A DNA stretch of 64,000 nt from an uncultured Candidatus Saccharibacteria bacterium (GTDB lineage: Bacteria; Patescibacteriota; Minisyncoccia; Phycocordibacterales; UBA12088). The stretch covers positions 138,813 through 202,812 of the forward strand of contig CAZMLK010000002.1 in NCBI GenBank assembly GCA_964567265.1, read 5' to 3'. Of the stretch, positions 55,742 through 64,000 are shown piece after piece (the first letter of the stretch is position 1; every line of letters starts with the position of its first letter). A model generated the notes under the pieces. That model was not told the origin of the DNA, did not search any database, and saw only the letters and a program-made list of their open reading frames with translations. Made by a program: the position numbers and the translations under genes.

Positions 55742-56515
55742 ATGACACACATTGTCCATCCATATGCACACCGCCTCGGAATCCTTCGCGAATGGAAGTC
55801 GCGCTGGTTTGCCGGCAATCCGAAGATGTTCGCGGAATATTTGAAGTGCGACACCATGCTCCGTGAGTACCTCACGAAGCGCCTTCGTACCATGTACATT
55901 GGCGGACTCGAGTTCGAACGGAATGGTAATACGCTCCGCATCATCATCAAGACATCCCGCCCGGGCATGATCATCGGACGCTCAGGCGAGGGTGCAACCA
56001 AGCTGAAGAGCGACATCGAGAAGGTCCTCTCGAAGCTCAAGCTCTCTGAGAAGCCGGAGCTCAAGATCGACGTCGAGGAAATCCGCAATCCGGAGGCAAA
56101 TGCTGCCATCGTCGCCTACATGGTCGCTGAAGGACTCGAGAAGCGCCTCCCATTCCGCCGCGTGATGAAGCAGACCATGGAGAAGGTTATGGCGAGCCGT
56201 GATGTGCTCGGCTGCCGCATCGTTCTCTCTGGCCGCCTCGGCGGTGCTGAAATGGGTCGCCGCGAAGAGCTCAAGAAGGGACGCATTCCTCTTCAGACCC
56301 TGCGCGCGGACATCGACTTCAAGCGTGAGAAAGCCTACCTTCCGTACGGCGTCGTCGGCGCGAAGGTGTGGATCTACCGCGGCGATGTCTTTGATGCATC
56401 TTCGAAGGACACCCAGGCCCCAAGCAATGACCGCCGCCCGTCATCATCTGACCGCCGCGATTCAGCTCCTCGGAGCGACCGCCCGCGTTCAAGCGCCCCA
56501 GTAAAGCGCTCATAA
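55742..56515 (+). CDS. rpsC: 30S ribosomal protein S3
   Basis: KH domain IIGRSGEGATKLKSDIEKV, uS3 C-domain, Ser/Arg/Asp-rich tail. Confidence 0.92.
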   Translation: MTHIVHPYAHRLGILREWKSRWFAGNPKMFAEYLKCDTMLREYLTKRLRTMYIGGLEFERNGNTLRIIIKTSRPGMIIGRSGEGATKLKSDIEKVLSKLKLSEKPELKIDVEEIRNPEANAAIVAYMVAEGLEKRLPFRRVMKQTMEKVMASRDVLGCRIVLSGRLGGAEMGRREELKKGRIPLQTLRADIDFKREKAYLPYGVVGAKVWIYRGDVFDASSKDTQAPSNDRRPSSSDRRDSAPRSDRPRSSAPVKRS

Positions 56516-56522
56516 AAACACC

Positions 56523-56948
56523 ATGCTTTTCCCAAAGAAAGTAAAATTCAGGAAGTGGCAGCGCCAGCGGAAGAACCCGCTCAAGGATACTTCGGCGTCC
56601 CGCGGCACCAAGCTCGCATTCGGCTCGTTCGGCATGAAGGCGATCACCCCTGCGCGCATACGCTCGAATCAGATCGAGGCTGCTCGCAAGGTCCTCGCCC
56701 GCCACATGGGCAAGACCGGCCGCACCTGGATCCGTATCTTCCCGGACCGCCCATGGACCCAGAAGGCCGCGGAAGTGGGCATGGGCAAGGGAAAGGGTGA
56801 TGTGCAGGGCTTCGAGTTCGAAGTCTGGCCAGGACGCCTTCTCTTCGAAATCGATGGCGTGCCCGAGAAGGTCGCCATGGAAGCCCTCATATCGGCATCG
56901 TCGAAACTGCCGGTGAAGACAAAGATTGTGCGTAGAACCGAAGCATAG
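56523..56948 (+). CDS. rplP: 50S ribosomal protein L16
   Basis: MLFPKKVKFRKWQRQR... Confidence 0.92.
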   Translation: MLFPKKVKFRKWQRQRKNPLKDTSASRGTKLAFGSFGMKAITPARIRSNQIEAARKVLARHMGKTGRTWIRIFPDRPWTQKAAEVGMGKGKGDVQGFEFEVWPGRLLFEIDGVPEKVAMEALISASSKLPVKTKIVRRTEA

Positions 56949-56952
56949 TAGT

Positions 56953-57138
56953 ATGGCCGACACTCAGAACAAAACAGTCGAAGAGCTCCAGAAGCTCCTG
57001 GCAGAGAAGCGCGAAGGCCTTCGAAGCTTCCGCTTCGGGATTACCGGCTCAGGAACGAGGAACGTCAAGGACGGACGGAACTCGAAGCGGGACATCGCAC
57101 GCATCCTGACCGAGCTCCGGAAGCGCGAGCAGGCATAA
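56953..57138 (+). CDS. rpmC: 50S ribosomal protein L29
   Basis: [28 protein letters not shown]; start trimmed to ATG 56953. Confidence 0.85.
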   Translation: MADTQNKTVEELQKLLAEKREGLRSFRFGITGSGTRNVKDGRNSKRDIARILTELRKREQA

Positions 57139-57158
57139 GACGGAAGAAACCAAACACC

Positions 57159-57419
57159 ATGGCAACCAAAACCACAACAGAACAGGTAGAAAAGGCGGGC
57201 AAGCGCTTCAGTGGCGTTGTCGTGTCGACCAAGATGAAGGACACGGTTGTGGTGTCTGTGGAGCGCTACGTGAAGCACCCGAAGTACCAGAAGTACATCA
57301 AGCGCGCGAAGAAGCTCCATGCGCATGATCCAGGGAACACCAAGGCGCTTGGCGACAAGGTGACCATCAAGGAGACTCGCCCGATTTCGAAGACGAAGAA
57401 TTTCATCGTCGTAAACTAA
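57159..57419 (+). CDS. rpsQ: 30S ribosomal protein S17
   Basis: [31 protein letters not shown]. Confidence 0.9.
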   Translation: MATKTTTEQVEKAGKRFSGVVVSTKMKDTVVVSVERYVKHPKYQKYIKRAKKLHAHDPGNTKALGDKVTIKETRPISKTKNFIVVN

Positions 57420-57420
57420 T

Positions 57421-57792
57421 ATGATCCAGCCACAATCACTCGTGAAGATCGCAGATAACTCCGGCGCCAAGATCGGACGCGTCTTCAAGATTCTTGGCGG
57501 CTCGAAGAAGCGCTACGCGGAGATCGGCGAGATCGTGGTCTTTTCAGTACAGACGGCAGAGCCGCGCAAGATGGTCAAGAAGAAGGACATCCTTTATGGC
57601 CTCGTCGTCCGCCAGACCAAGCCGCTTCGCCGAAAGGATGGCTCGTACATTCGCTTCGACGAGAATGCGGTCGTCGTGATGGAAAAGGGAAAGCCAGAGC
57701 CACGCGCAGGACGCATTTTCGGCCCGATCCCACGCGAGATCGCAGAACTCGGCTACCAGACCATCGTGTCTCGGGCCCCGGAAATCGTGTAG
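57421..57792 (+). CDS. rplN: 50S ribosomal protein L14
   Basis: MIQPQSLVKIADNSGAK... Confidence 0.92.
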   Translation: MIQPQSLVKIADNSGAKIGRVFKILGGSKKRYAEIGEIVVFSVQTAEPRKMVKKKDILYGLVVRQTKPLRRKDGSYIRFDENAVVVMEKGKPEPRAGRIFGPIPREIAELGYQTIVSRAPEIV

Positions 57793-57808
57793 TCGATTCT
57801 ATAAATAT

Positions 57809-58117
57809 ATGAAGATCAAGAAAGGCGACAAAGTAATCGTTTCAACCGGCAAGGACAAGGGCAAGACAGGCTCTGTGCTCAAGGTCTTTCCTCGTGAGGA
57901 TCTCGTCCTCGTTGAAGGGGTGAATATTCGCAAGCGCCATCAGAAGGGCACCCGCACCGGACAGAAGGGCCAGATCGTCGAGAAGGCGATGCCGATCCAC
58001 ATTTCAAACGTGATGGTGAAGGACGACAAGACCGGCAAGGGAACCCGCGTCCAGTACAAGATGGAAGGAGACAAGAAAATCCGCGTCGCTCAGAAGAGCG
58101 CTGCTAAGATCGGCTAA
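57809..58117 (+). CDS. rplX: 50S ribosomal protein L24
   Basis: MKIKKGDKVIVSTGKDKGKTGSVLKV (KOW motif). Confidence 0.9.
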   Translation: MKIKKGDKVIVSTGKDKGKTGSVLKVFPREDLVLVEGVNIRKRHQKGTRTGQKGQIVEKAMPIHISNVMVKDDKTGKGTRVQYKMEGDKKIRVAQKSAAKIG

Positions 58118-58126
58118 TCTACCACT

Positions 58127-58660
58127 ATGGAAATGGTTCAGGAAAAACAGAATAGCGCCTTCGCAACCCTCAAGGGAGATTTCGGATACACGAACAAGAT
58201 GCAGTCACCGAAGCTCGTGAAGGTGGTCATCTCGGTCGGAACCGGCTCAAACAAGGATAAGGAGAAGATCAAGGTCATCGAGAACCGCCTGCCGAAGATT
58301 ACAGGCCAGAAGGCTGCACAGCGGACGGCGAAGAAGGCTATCGCCTCATTCAAGACACGCACCGGCATGGTGATCGGCTACCAGGTGACGCTCCGCGGCC
58401 AGCGCATGATGGACTTCCTCAACAAGCTCATCCACGTCGCCCTCCCGCGTACGCGCGACTTCCGCGGCCTCTCCGCAAAGTCTATCGATGACATGGGCAA
58501 CTACACCCTCGGCATCAAGGAGAACACCATTTTCCCAGAGACATCGGACGAAGACTTGAAGGATGTGTTTGGTCTCGCGATCACGATTGTGACGACTGCG
58601 AAGTCGAAGCCGGAAGCAGAAGCCTTCCTCCGCCACATCGGCATGCCGCTTCAGAAATAG
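58127..58660 (+). CDS. rplE: 50S ribosomal protein L5
   Basis: DFRGLSAKSIDDMGNYTLGIKENTIFPE. Confidence 0.92.
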   Translation: MEMVQEKQNSAFATLKGDFGYTNKMQSPKLVKVVISVGTGSNKDKEKIKVIENRLPKITGQKAAQRTAKKAIASFKTRTGMVIGYQVTLRGQRMMDFLNKLIHVALPRTRDFRGLSAKSIDDMGNYTLGIKENTIFPETSDEDLKDVFGLAITIVTTAKSKPEAEAFLRHIGMPLQK

Positions 58661-58677
58661 ACCCAGAAATTTTAAAG

Positions 58678-58720
58678 AAACAAAAGGCCCCCGGCGCTTC
58701 GCGCCGGGGGCCTTTTGTTT
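58678..58720 (+). terminator. terminator aaacaaaaggcccccggcgcttcgcgccgggggccttttgttt after rplE
   Basis: 16-bp GC stem, TTTTGTTT tract that runs directly into the next promoter's -35. Confidence 0.65.
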
Positions 58721-58747
58721 GACAAGCCGCCAAATCATCAGTACCAT
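58719..58747 (+). promoter_or_regulatory. promoter TTGACA-N17-TACCAT
   Basis: -35 overlaps the terminator U-tract; drives small ORF 58804-58986. Confidence 0.45.
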
Positions 58748-58803
58748 CGATTTTTGGAACGATAGCCGGGCAATTCCGCCCCTATCCATCCGGAGAGTTT
58801 CAG

Positions 58804-58986
58804 ATGCCGACCAAGGGTTCGCCGATGAAGCGGTTCCGTCCGAATCGGGGCCAGCAAACACCAGGACAGCGTGCTTCAGCGCTCCGAAAACTGCGGCAAC
58901 GAGGGCACAAAGTAGCAACCCGGACCATCGAGGACGCGAGACGCGCGGCATATGGCGCTCGAAAGGCAAATTTGACTGCCGACTGA
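58804..58986 (+). CDS. hypothetical 60-aa basic protein
   Basis: Own promoter and own terminator; Arg/Lys-rich (pI high); no motif. Confidence 0.35.
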   Translation: MPTKGSPMKRFRPNRGQQTPGQRASALRKLRQRGHKVATRTIEDARRAAYGARKANLTAD

Positions 58987-59012
58987 TCATTCACGCTAGG
59001 AGCTGGTAACGT

Positions 59013-59043
59013 ACACCGGCCGAGGTTCCCTCGGCCGGTGTTT
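59013..59043 (+). terminator. terminator acaccggccgagg-gttc-cctcggccggtgt + TTGCTTTT
   Basis: 13-bp stem. Confidence 0.55.
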
Positions 59044-59047
59044 GCTT

Positions 59048-59075
59048 TTGACAATGGCTGAGAAGGTCGTACTAT
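59048..59075 (+). promoter_or_regulatory. promoter TTGACA-N16-TACTAT
   Basis: Drives ORF 59109-59516. Confidence 0.45.
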
Positions 59076-59108
59076 CGTCAGTAGTGTGCTCTGTGCGGAG
59101 GGGATGAG

Positions 59109-59516
59109 ATGACACAGGTAAGCATGTTCGGGTTGCCGACGCTCGCAGTCGAGATCGTGGGTGACCATGTCCACAGCCTTACGCACTACTTGTTCGAGAC
59201 GAGTCGGATGGTCGGGGAGGATGGGGCCGTTTCCCATTACGCAGCAGTCGTGTACGCCAGGCTTCCGTTCGGATTAGATGCGGTGTATCGGAATGAGGGA
59301 GCTGCCAGCGTTCCAACCAGCAGGCTGATCGAATCCGGCTCCCGTGACCCCATTTTGGCGGCGGTACCAGGGCTTTTCAAGTATCAGGCCGATACGAAAG
59401 CATCCTGGGACGCATTTCTCCGGGAAAAGCTCCTGCCGTATGTGCCTGCCGGCAGAATTCTAGTCCTTTGGATCAGTGAAGACGGCGCCACTGAGACCTC
59501 GTTTGTCGTATCGTAG
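59109..59516 (+). CDS. hypothetical 135-aa protein
   Basis: Own promoter and terminator; no motif recognised. Confidence 0.45.
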   Translation: MTQVSMFGLPTLAVEIVGDHVHSLTHYLFETSRMVGEDGAVSHYAAVVYARLPFGLDAVYRNEGAASVPTSRLIESGSRDPILAAVPGLFKYQADTKASWDAFLREKLLPYVPAGRILVLWISEDGATETSFVVS

Positions 59517-59532
59517 CCGCCCCTTGAGACTA

Positions 59533-59570
59533 CGCCGCCGGCCAGGTTTCCTGGCCGGCGGCTCTCTTTT
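59533..59570 (+). terminator. terminator cgccgccggccagg-tttc-ctggccggcggc + TCTCTTTT
   Basis: 13-bp GC stem. Confidence 0.55.
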
Positions 59571-59580
59571 CCGCCTTTGT

Positions 59581-59609
59581 TTGACAATGTATATTCAGGC
59601 TGTTAGTAT
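59581..59609 (+). promoter_or_regulatory. promoter TTGACA-N17-TAGTAT for the rpsN-secY block
   Basis: 57 nt upstream of rpsN. Confidence 0.5.
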
Positions 59610-59666
59610 AGCCGGAAGCTCGTTTAGGGCTTTCTTTTTTAGTTAGGCCTCGAAGAAGCACGCCAC

Positions 59667-59852
59667 ATGGCAAAGACATCAGTAAAGGTCCGGGCAGCCC
59701 GGACACCGAAGTTCGCAAGCCGCGTCGTACGACGCTGTTTCCGTTGTGGCCGCAAGCATGCGTTCATGCGCGATTTCGGACTTTGCCGCATCTGCTTCCG
59801 CGAACAGGCTAACGAAGGAAATATCCCAGGAATCAAGAAATCATCATGGTAA
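59667..59852 (+). CDS. rpsZ: 30S ribosomal protein S14 type Z (zinc-binding)
   Basis: 61 aa, [21 protein letters not shown]4 zinc knuckle. Confidence 0.92.
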   Translation: MAKTSVKVRAARTPKFASRVVRRCFRCGRKHAFMRDFGLCRICFREQANEGNIPGIKKSSW

Positions 59853-60241
59853 CCGACCCGGTAGCAGACCTGATCACGCAGATCAACAATGCGAGCCGCG
59901 CCAAGAAGGCGCTGGTGTCGGTTCCGTACTCTGCCCTCAAGTTCGCGATCGCGCTCAAGCTCGTCGAGACAGGGTACGTGAAGACTGCCGTGAAGCACGG
60001 CAAGAAGGCGCGCAAGAATCTCGACATCGAGCTCAGCTACGATGCTGCAGGTGTTCCTCGCATCGAAAAGATGATTCGCGTCTCGAAGCCAGGAAAGCGC
60101 GCATACAAGAAGGTCGCTGACATGCAGCCGGTCAAGGGTGGTATGGGGTCTCTTTTCCTCACCACGCCGAAAGGAATCCTCACGAATGACGAAGCCCGCA
60201 AGGAAAAAGTCGGCGGCGAAGCCCTCTTCACTGTTTGGTAA
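59846..60241 (+). CDS. rpsH: 30S ribosomal protein S8
   Basis: [21 protein letters not shown]... Confidence 0.92.
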   Translation: MVTDPVADLITQINNASRAKKALVSVPYSALKFAIALKLVETGYVKTAVKHGKKARKNLDIELSYDAAGVPRIEKMIRVSKPGKRAYKKVADMQPVKGGMGSLFLTTPKGILTNDEARKEKVGGEALFTVW

Positions 60242-60247
60242 AAACAT

Positions 60248-60793
60248 ATGAGCCGCGTAGGAAAACAACACATCCAAATCCCAGCACAGACAACCGTGAC
60301 CCTCGCGGACGGCGTGCTTTCGGTGAAGGGTCCACTGGGCGCGCTCTCGAAGCCGGTCAAGGATACGATCGTCATCACCATTGCTGAGAAGGAAGTCACC
60401 TTCATGCCGAAGGGCGGAGAAGAAGCAAAGAAGGCAGACCGCTCCCTCTGGGGCACCTACGCCTCGCACCTCGACAACATGATCGAGGGTGTCACGAAGG
60501 GATTCTCGAAGAAGCTCATCCTCGAAGGCATCGGCTACCGCGCCGAAGTGCAGGGCAGCACCATGGTGTTCGCGCTCGGCCTCTCGCATCCGGTCCGCCT
60601 CCCGATCCCGGAAGGCATCAAGGTCCTCGTCGAGAAGACGGCGATCACGATCTCAGGAATCAACAAGGAGCAGGTCGGCCAGTTCGCCGCGACCGTCCGC
60701 GACCTGAAGCCGCCAGAGCCGTACAAGGGCAAGGGCATGCGCTATGACGGAGAAATCATCCGCCGCAAGCAGGGCAAGAAGTCCACCGCATAG
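60248..60793 (+). CDS. rplF: 50S ribosomal protein L6
   Basis: MSRVGKQHIQIP..., two uL6 repeats. Confidence 0.92.
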   Translation: MSRVGKQHIQIPAQTTVTLADGVLSVKGPLGALSKPVKDTIVITIAEKEVTFMPKGGEEAKKADRSLWGTYASHLDNMIEGVTKGFSKKLILEGIGYRAEVQGSTMVFALGLSHPVRLPIPEGIKVLVEKTAITISGINKEQVGQFAATVRDLKPPEPYKGKGMRYDGEIIRRKQGKKSTA

Positions 60794-60827
60794 GCAACAC
60801 CTCCAACGCGTTTCAAACCAACCGACC

Positions 60828-61181
60828 ATGAACCACAAAGCAACGACAAAGAAAGAGAAGCGAGACATGCGCCACAACCGCATCCGGGCGCGTGTGTCTG
60901 GTACGGCTGACAAGCCGCGCCTCGCGCTCTACAAGTCGAACAAGGCGGTATACGTCCAGCTTATCGACGACACGGTCGGCAAGACCATCGCGGCGGCTTC
61001 AAGCATGAACGAGAAGAAGGGTACGATGACCGAGAAGGGAACCGCAGTCGGCGTCGCGATCGCGAAGGCTGCTGCTGAAAAGAAAATCACCACCGCAGTA
61101 TTCGATCGCGGCGGCTTCCTCTATACGGGAGTCGTAAAGGCGGTCGCTGACGGCGCGCGCGCCGGCGGACTCAACTTTTAA
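60828..61181 (+). CDS. rplR: 50S ribosomal protein L18
   Basis: RHNRIRARVSGTADKPRLALYKSNKAVYVQLIDD; start trimmed to ATG 60828. Confidence 0.85.
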   Translation: MNHKATTKKEKRDMRHNRIRARVSGTADKPRLALYKSNKAVYVQLIDDTVGKTIAAASSMNEKKGTMTEKGTAVGVAIAKAAAEKKITTAVFDRGGFLYTGVVKAVADGARAGGLNF

Positions 61182-61184
61182 TAT

Positions 61185-61817
61185 ATGGCAGAGGAACCCA
61201 TGACAACAGAAGACACACTCGTGACCCCGACAGAAACGGATGCGGTTCCGGCCGTGGACGGTGTTGCCGATGAAGTTGCCGCTCCTGAGGCTGCTCCCGC
61301 AGAAGCTGTACGCGCACCACGCGCTGCATTTTCGAAGAACCGCCGCGAGCCGAGCCGCTCACGCCGCACTCCGCGCGAGCGCGTCCGTCCTGAATTCGAT
61401 CAGAAGATGATCTCGATCCGTCGCGTTGCCCGAGTGGTCGCCGGAGGCCGCCGCTTCAGCTTCTCCGTCGCGCTCGTCGCGGGAGATCGCCGCGGACGCG
61501 TCGGTGTCGGACTCGGGAAGGCGGGCGATACGTCGCTCGCGATCGAGAAGGCGCTTCGCGCCGCAAAGAAGGCGATGATCACTGTTTCTCTCACTGAAAA
61601 CAAGTCTATTCCGCATGATGTCGACGCCAAGTATGCGAGCGCGCGCATCATGATGCGCCCGGCTCCAGGTCGCGGTCTCGTCGCCGGCAGTGCCGCTCGT
61701 ACGGTCCTTGAACTCGCAGGCATCACCGATGTCTCCGCAAAGATCCTCTCCGGCAGCAAGAACCGCCTCTCGAATGCGATGGTTGCGATCGAAGCGCTTA
61801 AGAAATTCAGCGCGTAA
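61185..61817 (+). CDS. rpsE: 30S ribosomal protein S5 with about 60-aa acidic/Ala-rich N-terminal extension
   Basis: uS5 dsRBD and C-domain (GRRFSFSVALVAGDRRGRVGVGLGKA). Confidence 0.9.
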   Translation: MAEEPMTTEDTLVTPTETDAVPAVDGVADEVAAPEAAPAEAVRAPRAAFSKNRREPSRSRRTPRERVRPEFDQKMISIRRVARVVAGGRRFSFSVALVAGDRRGRVGVGLGKAGDTSLAIEKALRAAKKAMITVSLTENKSIPHDVDAKYASARIMMRPAPGRGLVAGSAARTVLELAGITDVSAKILSGSKNRLSNAMVAIEALKKFSA

Positions 61818-61826
61818 CCTACTATC

Positions 61827-62276
61827 ATGCAAAGCAACACACTCAAGCGTCATACACCGAACGAGGGATCGCGCCGCGTTGGACGTGGCGGCAAGCGCGG
61901 AAAGACCTCGGGTCGCGGCGGCAAGGGCCAGACCGCGCGCGCAGGCTCACGCCTCCGCCCGGAAATGCGAGATACGATCAAGCGCCTTCCGAAGCTCCGC
62001 GGTCACGGCAAGAACCGTTCGCACACCGTGAAGAGCGAGATGGCGCGCATCGTCCCGGTGAATCTCCGCGTGCTTGAGACCCATGTCTCAGTCGGCGACA
62101 CCGTGAACCCGGCATACCTCGTCCAGAAGGGTATCGTGAATGCAGCCCGCGGCCGCGCGCCGAAGGTGAAGATCCTCGGTGTCGGCGAGCTCACGAAGAA
62201 GATCACGATCTCCGGATGCGCAGTCTCCGAGTCCGCGAAGGCGGCAGTCGAGAAGGCAGGCGGTACGGTACTCTAG
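61827..62276 (+). CDS. rplO: 50S ribosomal protein L15
   Basis: GRGGKRGKTSGRGGKGQTARAG... Confidence 0.92.
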   Translation: MQSNTLKRHTPNEGSRRVGRGGKRGKTSGRGGKGQTARAGSRLRPEMRDTIKRLPKLRGHGKNRSHTVKSEMARIVPVNLRVLETHVSVGDTVNPAYLVQKGIVNAARGRAPKVKILGVGELTKKITISGCAVSESAKAAVEKAGGTVL

Positions 62277-62298
62277 ACCAACACTCCCCAGAAACCCC

Positions 62299-63570
62299 AT
62301 GTCGGTTTTCATACAGAAACTCAAACTCATTTTCTCAGACCGGGTGCTCCGCTCCCGGGTTCTGTTCGTGGTCGCGATGCTCGGCCTTTTCCGCCTCTTG
62401 GCAGCCATCCCAGTTCCAGGCATTGATGCGGCGCAGCTGAAGGCCCTCCTCGAAGGCAACCAGTTCCTCGGCCTCCTCAATATTTTCTCGGGAGGCGGCC
62501 TTTCGACCCTCTCGATCATGATGCTCGGCGTCTCGCCGTACATCACCGCGTCGATCATCATGCAGCTCTCGACCATCATGGTCCCGCAGCTCAAATCGAT
62601 GTACCAGGAAGAAGGGGAAGCGGGCCGCGCGCGCTTTGCGCAGTACACACGCCTCCTCTCGGTCCCGATGGCGCTCCTCCAGGGCTTCGGCTATGCGGTC
62701 CTGCTTTCACGCCAGGGCGTCCTCGTCGGGCTTGATACCTTCGGCTTCGCGACGGTCATCATCGTCATGACTGCCGCTTCCGTCCTCCTCATGTGGATCG
62801 GCGAGCTGATCACTGAATTCGGCATCGGCAACGGCGTTTCCCTCATCATCTTCGCCGGTATCGTCGCGCACCTCCCGACCGTGGCTGGCCAGGCGCTCTT
62901 CAGCTTCGATGTCTCCCAGATACCGCTCTACATCGGCTTCCTCGTCGCCGCACTCCTTGTCGTGACTGCAGTCGTTGTCATTACCGAAGCAGAACGCCCG
63001 ATCCCGATCACCTACGCGAAGAGCGTCCGCGGCGCAAAGAGCTTCGGCGGCTCCTCGACGTACCTGCCGCTCCGCGTGAACCAGGCCGGCGTGATCCCGA
63101 TTATCTTCGCGCTCTCGATCCTCCTCTTCCCGCAGATGATCCTCAACCTCGCGATTCGATTCATGACCGGCCCCGCTGCGGGGTACGCCACGGAGGCGCT
63201 CCAGTTCCTCTCGAATCAGTACGTCTACGGCATCCTCTACTTCATCCTCGTCTTCTTCTTCACGTACTTCTACACCGCCGTCACCTTTGATCCGGATTCC
63301 ATCGCCAAGAACCTCCAGCAGACGGGCGCGTTTGTGCCGGGTGTCCGCCCAGGTGCTCCGACGTCCGAATACATTGCCAACATCCTGACCCGCATCACGC
63401 TCGTCGGCGCGGTCTTCCTCGGACTCATCGCGATCCTCCCGCTCGTCATGCAGGCCATCACCGGCCTCCAGTCGCTCGCTATCGGCGGCACGGCGCTCTT
63501 GATCGCGGTCTCCGTGATCCTCGACCTCGTTCGAAAGATTGACGCGCAAATCTCAATGCGCGAGTATTAG
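62299..63570 (+). CDS. secY: preprotein translocase subunit SecY
   Basis: 10 TM helices, AIPVPGID, GVSPYITASIIMQL motifs; start trimmed to MSVFIQKL. Confidence 0.92.
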   Translation: MSVFIQKLKLIFSDRVLRSRVLFVVAMLGLFRLLAAIPVPGIDAAQLKALLEGNQFLGLLNIFSGGGLSTLSIMMLGVSPYITASIIMQLSTIMVPQLKSMYQEEGEAGRARFAQYTRLLSVPMALLQGFGYAVLLSRQGVLVGLDTFGFATVIIVMTAASVLLMWIGELITEFGIGNGVSLIIFAGIVAHLPTVAGQALFSFDVSQIPLYIGFLVAALLVVTAVVVITEAERPIPITYAKSVRGAKSFGGSSTYLPLRVNQAGVIPIIFALSILLFPQMILNLAIRFMTGPAAGYATEALQFLSNQYVYGILYFILVFFFTYFYTAVTFDPDSIAKNLQQTGAFVPGVRPGAPTSEYIANILTRITLVGAVFLGLIAILPLVMQAITGLQSLAIGGTALLIAVSVILDLVRKIDAQISMREY

Positions 63571-63584
63571 AAGAATGGATACCA

Positions 63585-64000
63585 ACACTATCGTTTTCAT
63601 GGGGCGGCCCGGTTCTGGCAAGGGCACGCAGGCAAAGCGCATTGCTGCGCATTTCGGCTACGACTACTTCGGCACGGGCGCGCTCTTCCGCGAACTCAAG
63701 GCGGAAGACTCCATGCTCGGGCGTAAAGTCGCCTCGACCATCGATGAGGGACACCTCATGCCCCATTGGTTCGCGTCCCATCTCGTCGTCGACAAGCTTG
63801 TCACGACGCCGCTTGAGACCGGCATCGTCTTCGATGGTTCCAACCGAACGCTCGCGGAAGCGGAACTCTTCTTCGAGGTCGCGACCTGGCTCGGGCGTCC
63901 GTACCGCGTCATCTGCCTCGCGGTAAGCGAGGAGACGATCGCGAAGCGGATCCAGATCCGTGGAGAGCAAAGCGGCCGCCCAGAGGACGCGCTCGCGATC
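63585..64000 (+). CDS. adk: adenylate kinase (N-terminal part; runs off the window)
   Basis: FMGRPGSGKGTQA P-loop; no stop before window end. Confidence 0.85.

Noticed and set aside
58800-59237. 145-aa minus-strand ORF across the rplE-rpsN insert
   Set aside because: It runs antisense through two promoter-terminator modules and the two plus-strand cassette ORFs. Its Cys/Arg/Pro-rich translation is implausible.
62707-63549. 280-aa minus-strand ORF
   Set aside because: It is antisense to secY. Its D/E/R-rich translation is not credible as a protein.

Overview
This is a high-GC (about 60%) bacterial window whose gene content and layout point to a reduced-genome, CPR/Patescibacteria-like organism: L30 is absent between S5 and L15, S14 is the zinc type Z, trigger factor lacks its PPIase domain, there is almost no biosynthesis, and a type IV pilus sits near a ComEC channel. 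No rRNA or CRISPR was found. I see one tRNA, tRNA-Gly(UCC) at 1714-1784.

The left 40 kb holds housekeeping genes and a DNA-uptake toolkit:
- Housekeeping: a trypsin-like protease, SDR oxidoreductase, RarA, HU, RNase Y, ClpP, a MerR/TipA regulator convergent with a SET-domain protein, YbjQ, trigger factor, PPase, NusA, TpiA-Pgk, a YbaK deacylase, HIT, RecJ, RNase HI and SodA.
- Pilus: PilB, PilC and three prepilin-like genes.
- ComEC: it is split into a channel gene and a separate metallo-beta-lactamase gene.
- Accessory content: a three-member family of secreted proteins sharing a C-x6-C-x12-C-x4-C module, a low-GC two-gene island at about 13.9-15.6 kb, and a pair of identical hairpin repeats with a candidate small RNA upstream of sodA.

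The right 24 kb is the str/S10/spc ribosomal superoperon, running from rpsL through adk (adk runs off the right edge). It is unusually fragmented. Strong GC-stem terminators with conserved AAAACAAAA/TTTTGTTTT arms and fresh TTGACA-N17-TAnnAT promoters recur between blocks. Accessory genes are inserted between rpsG/fusA, fusA/tuf, rpsJ/rplC, rplB/rpsS and rplE/rpsN.

The most striking case is the rpsJ/rplC island of about 3.9 kb. It is bounded by a 66-79 bp direct duplication of the rpsJ 3' end plus terminator and carries a roughly 38% GC gene.

Everything here is read by eye from the sequence. Trimmed start coordinates may be off by one.
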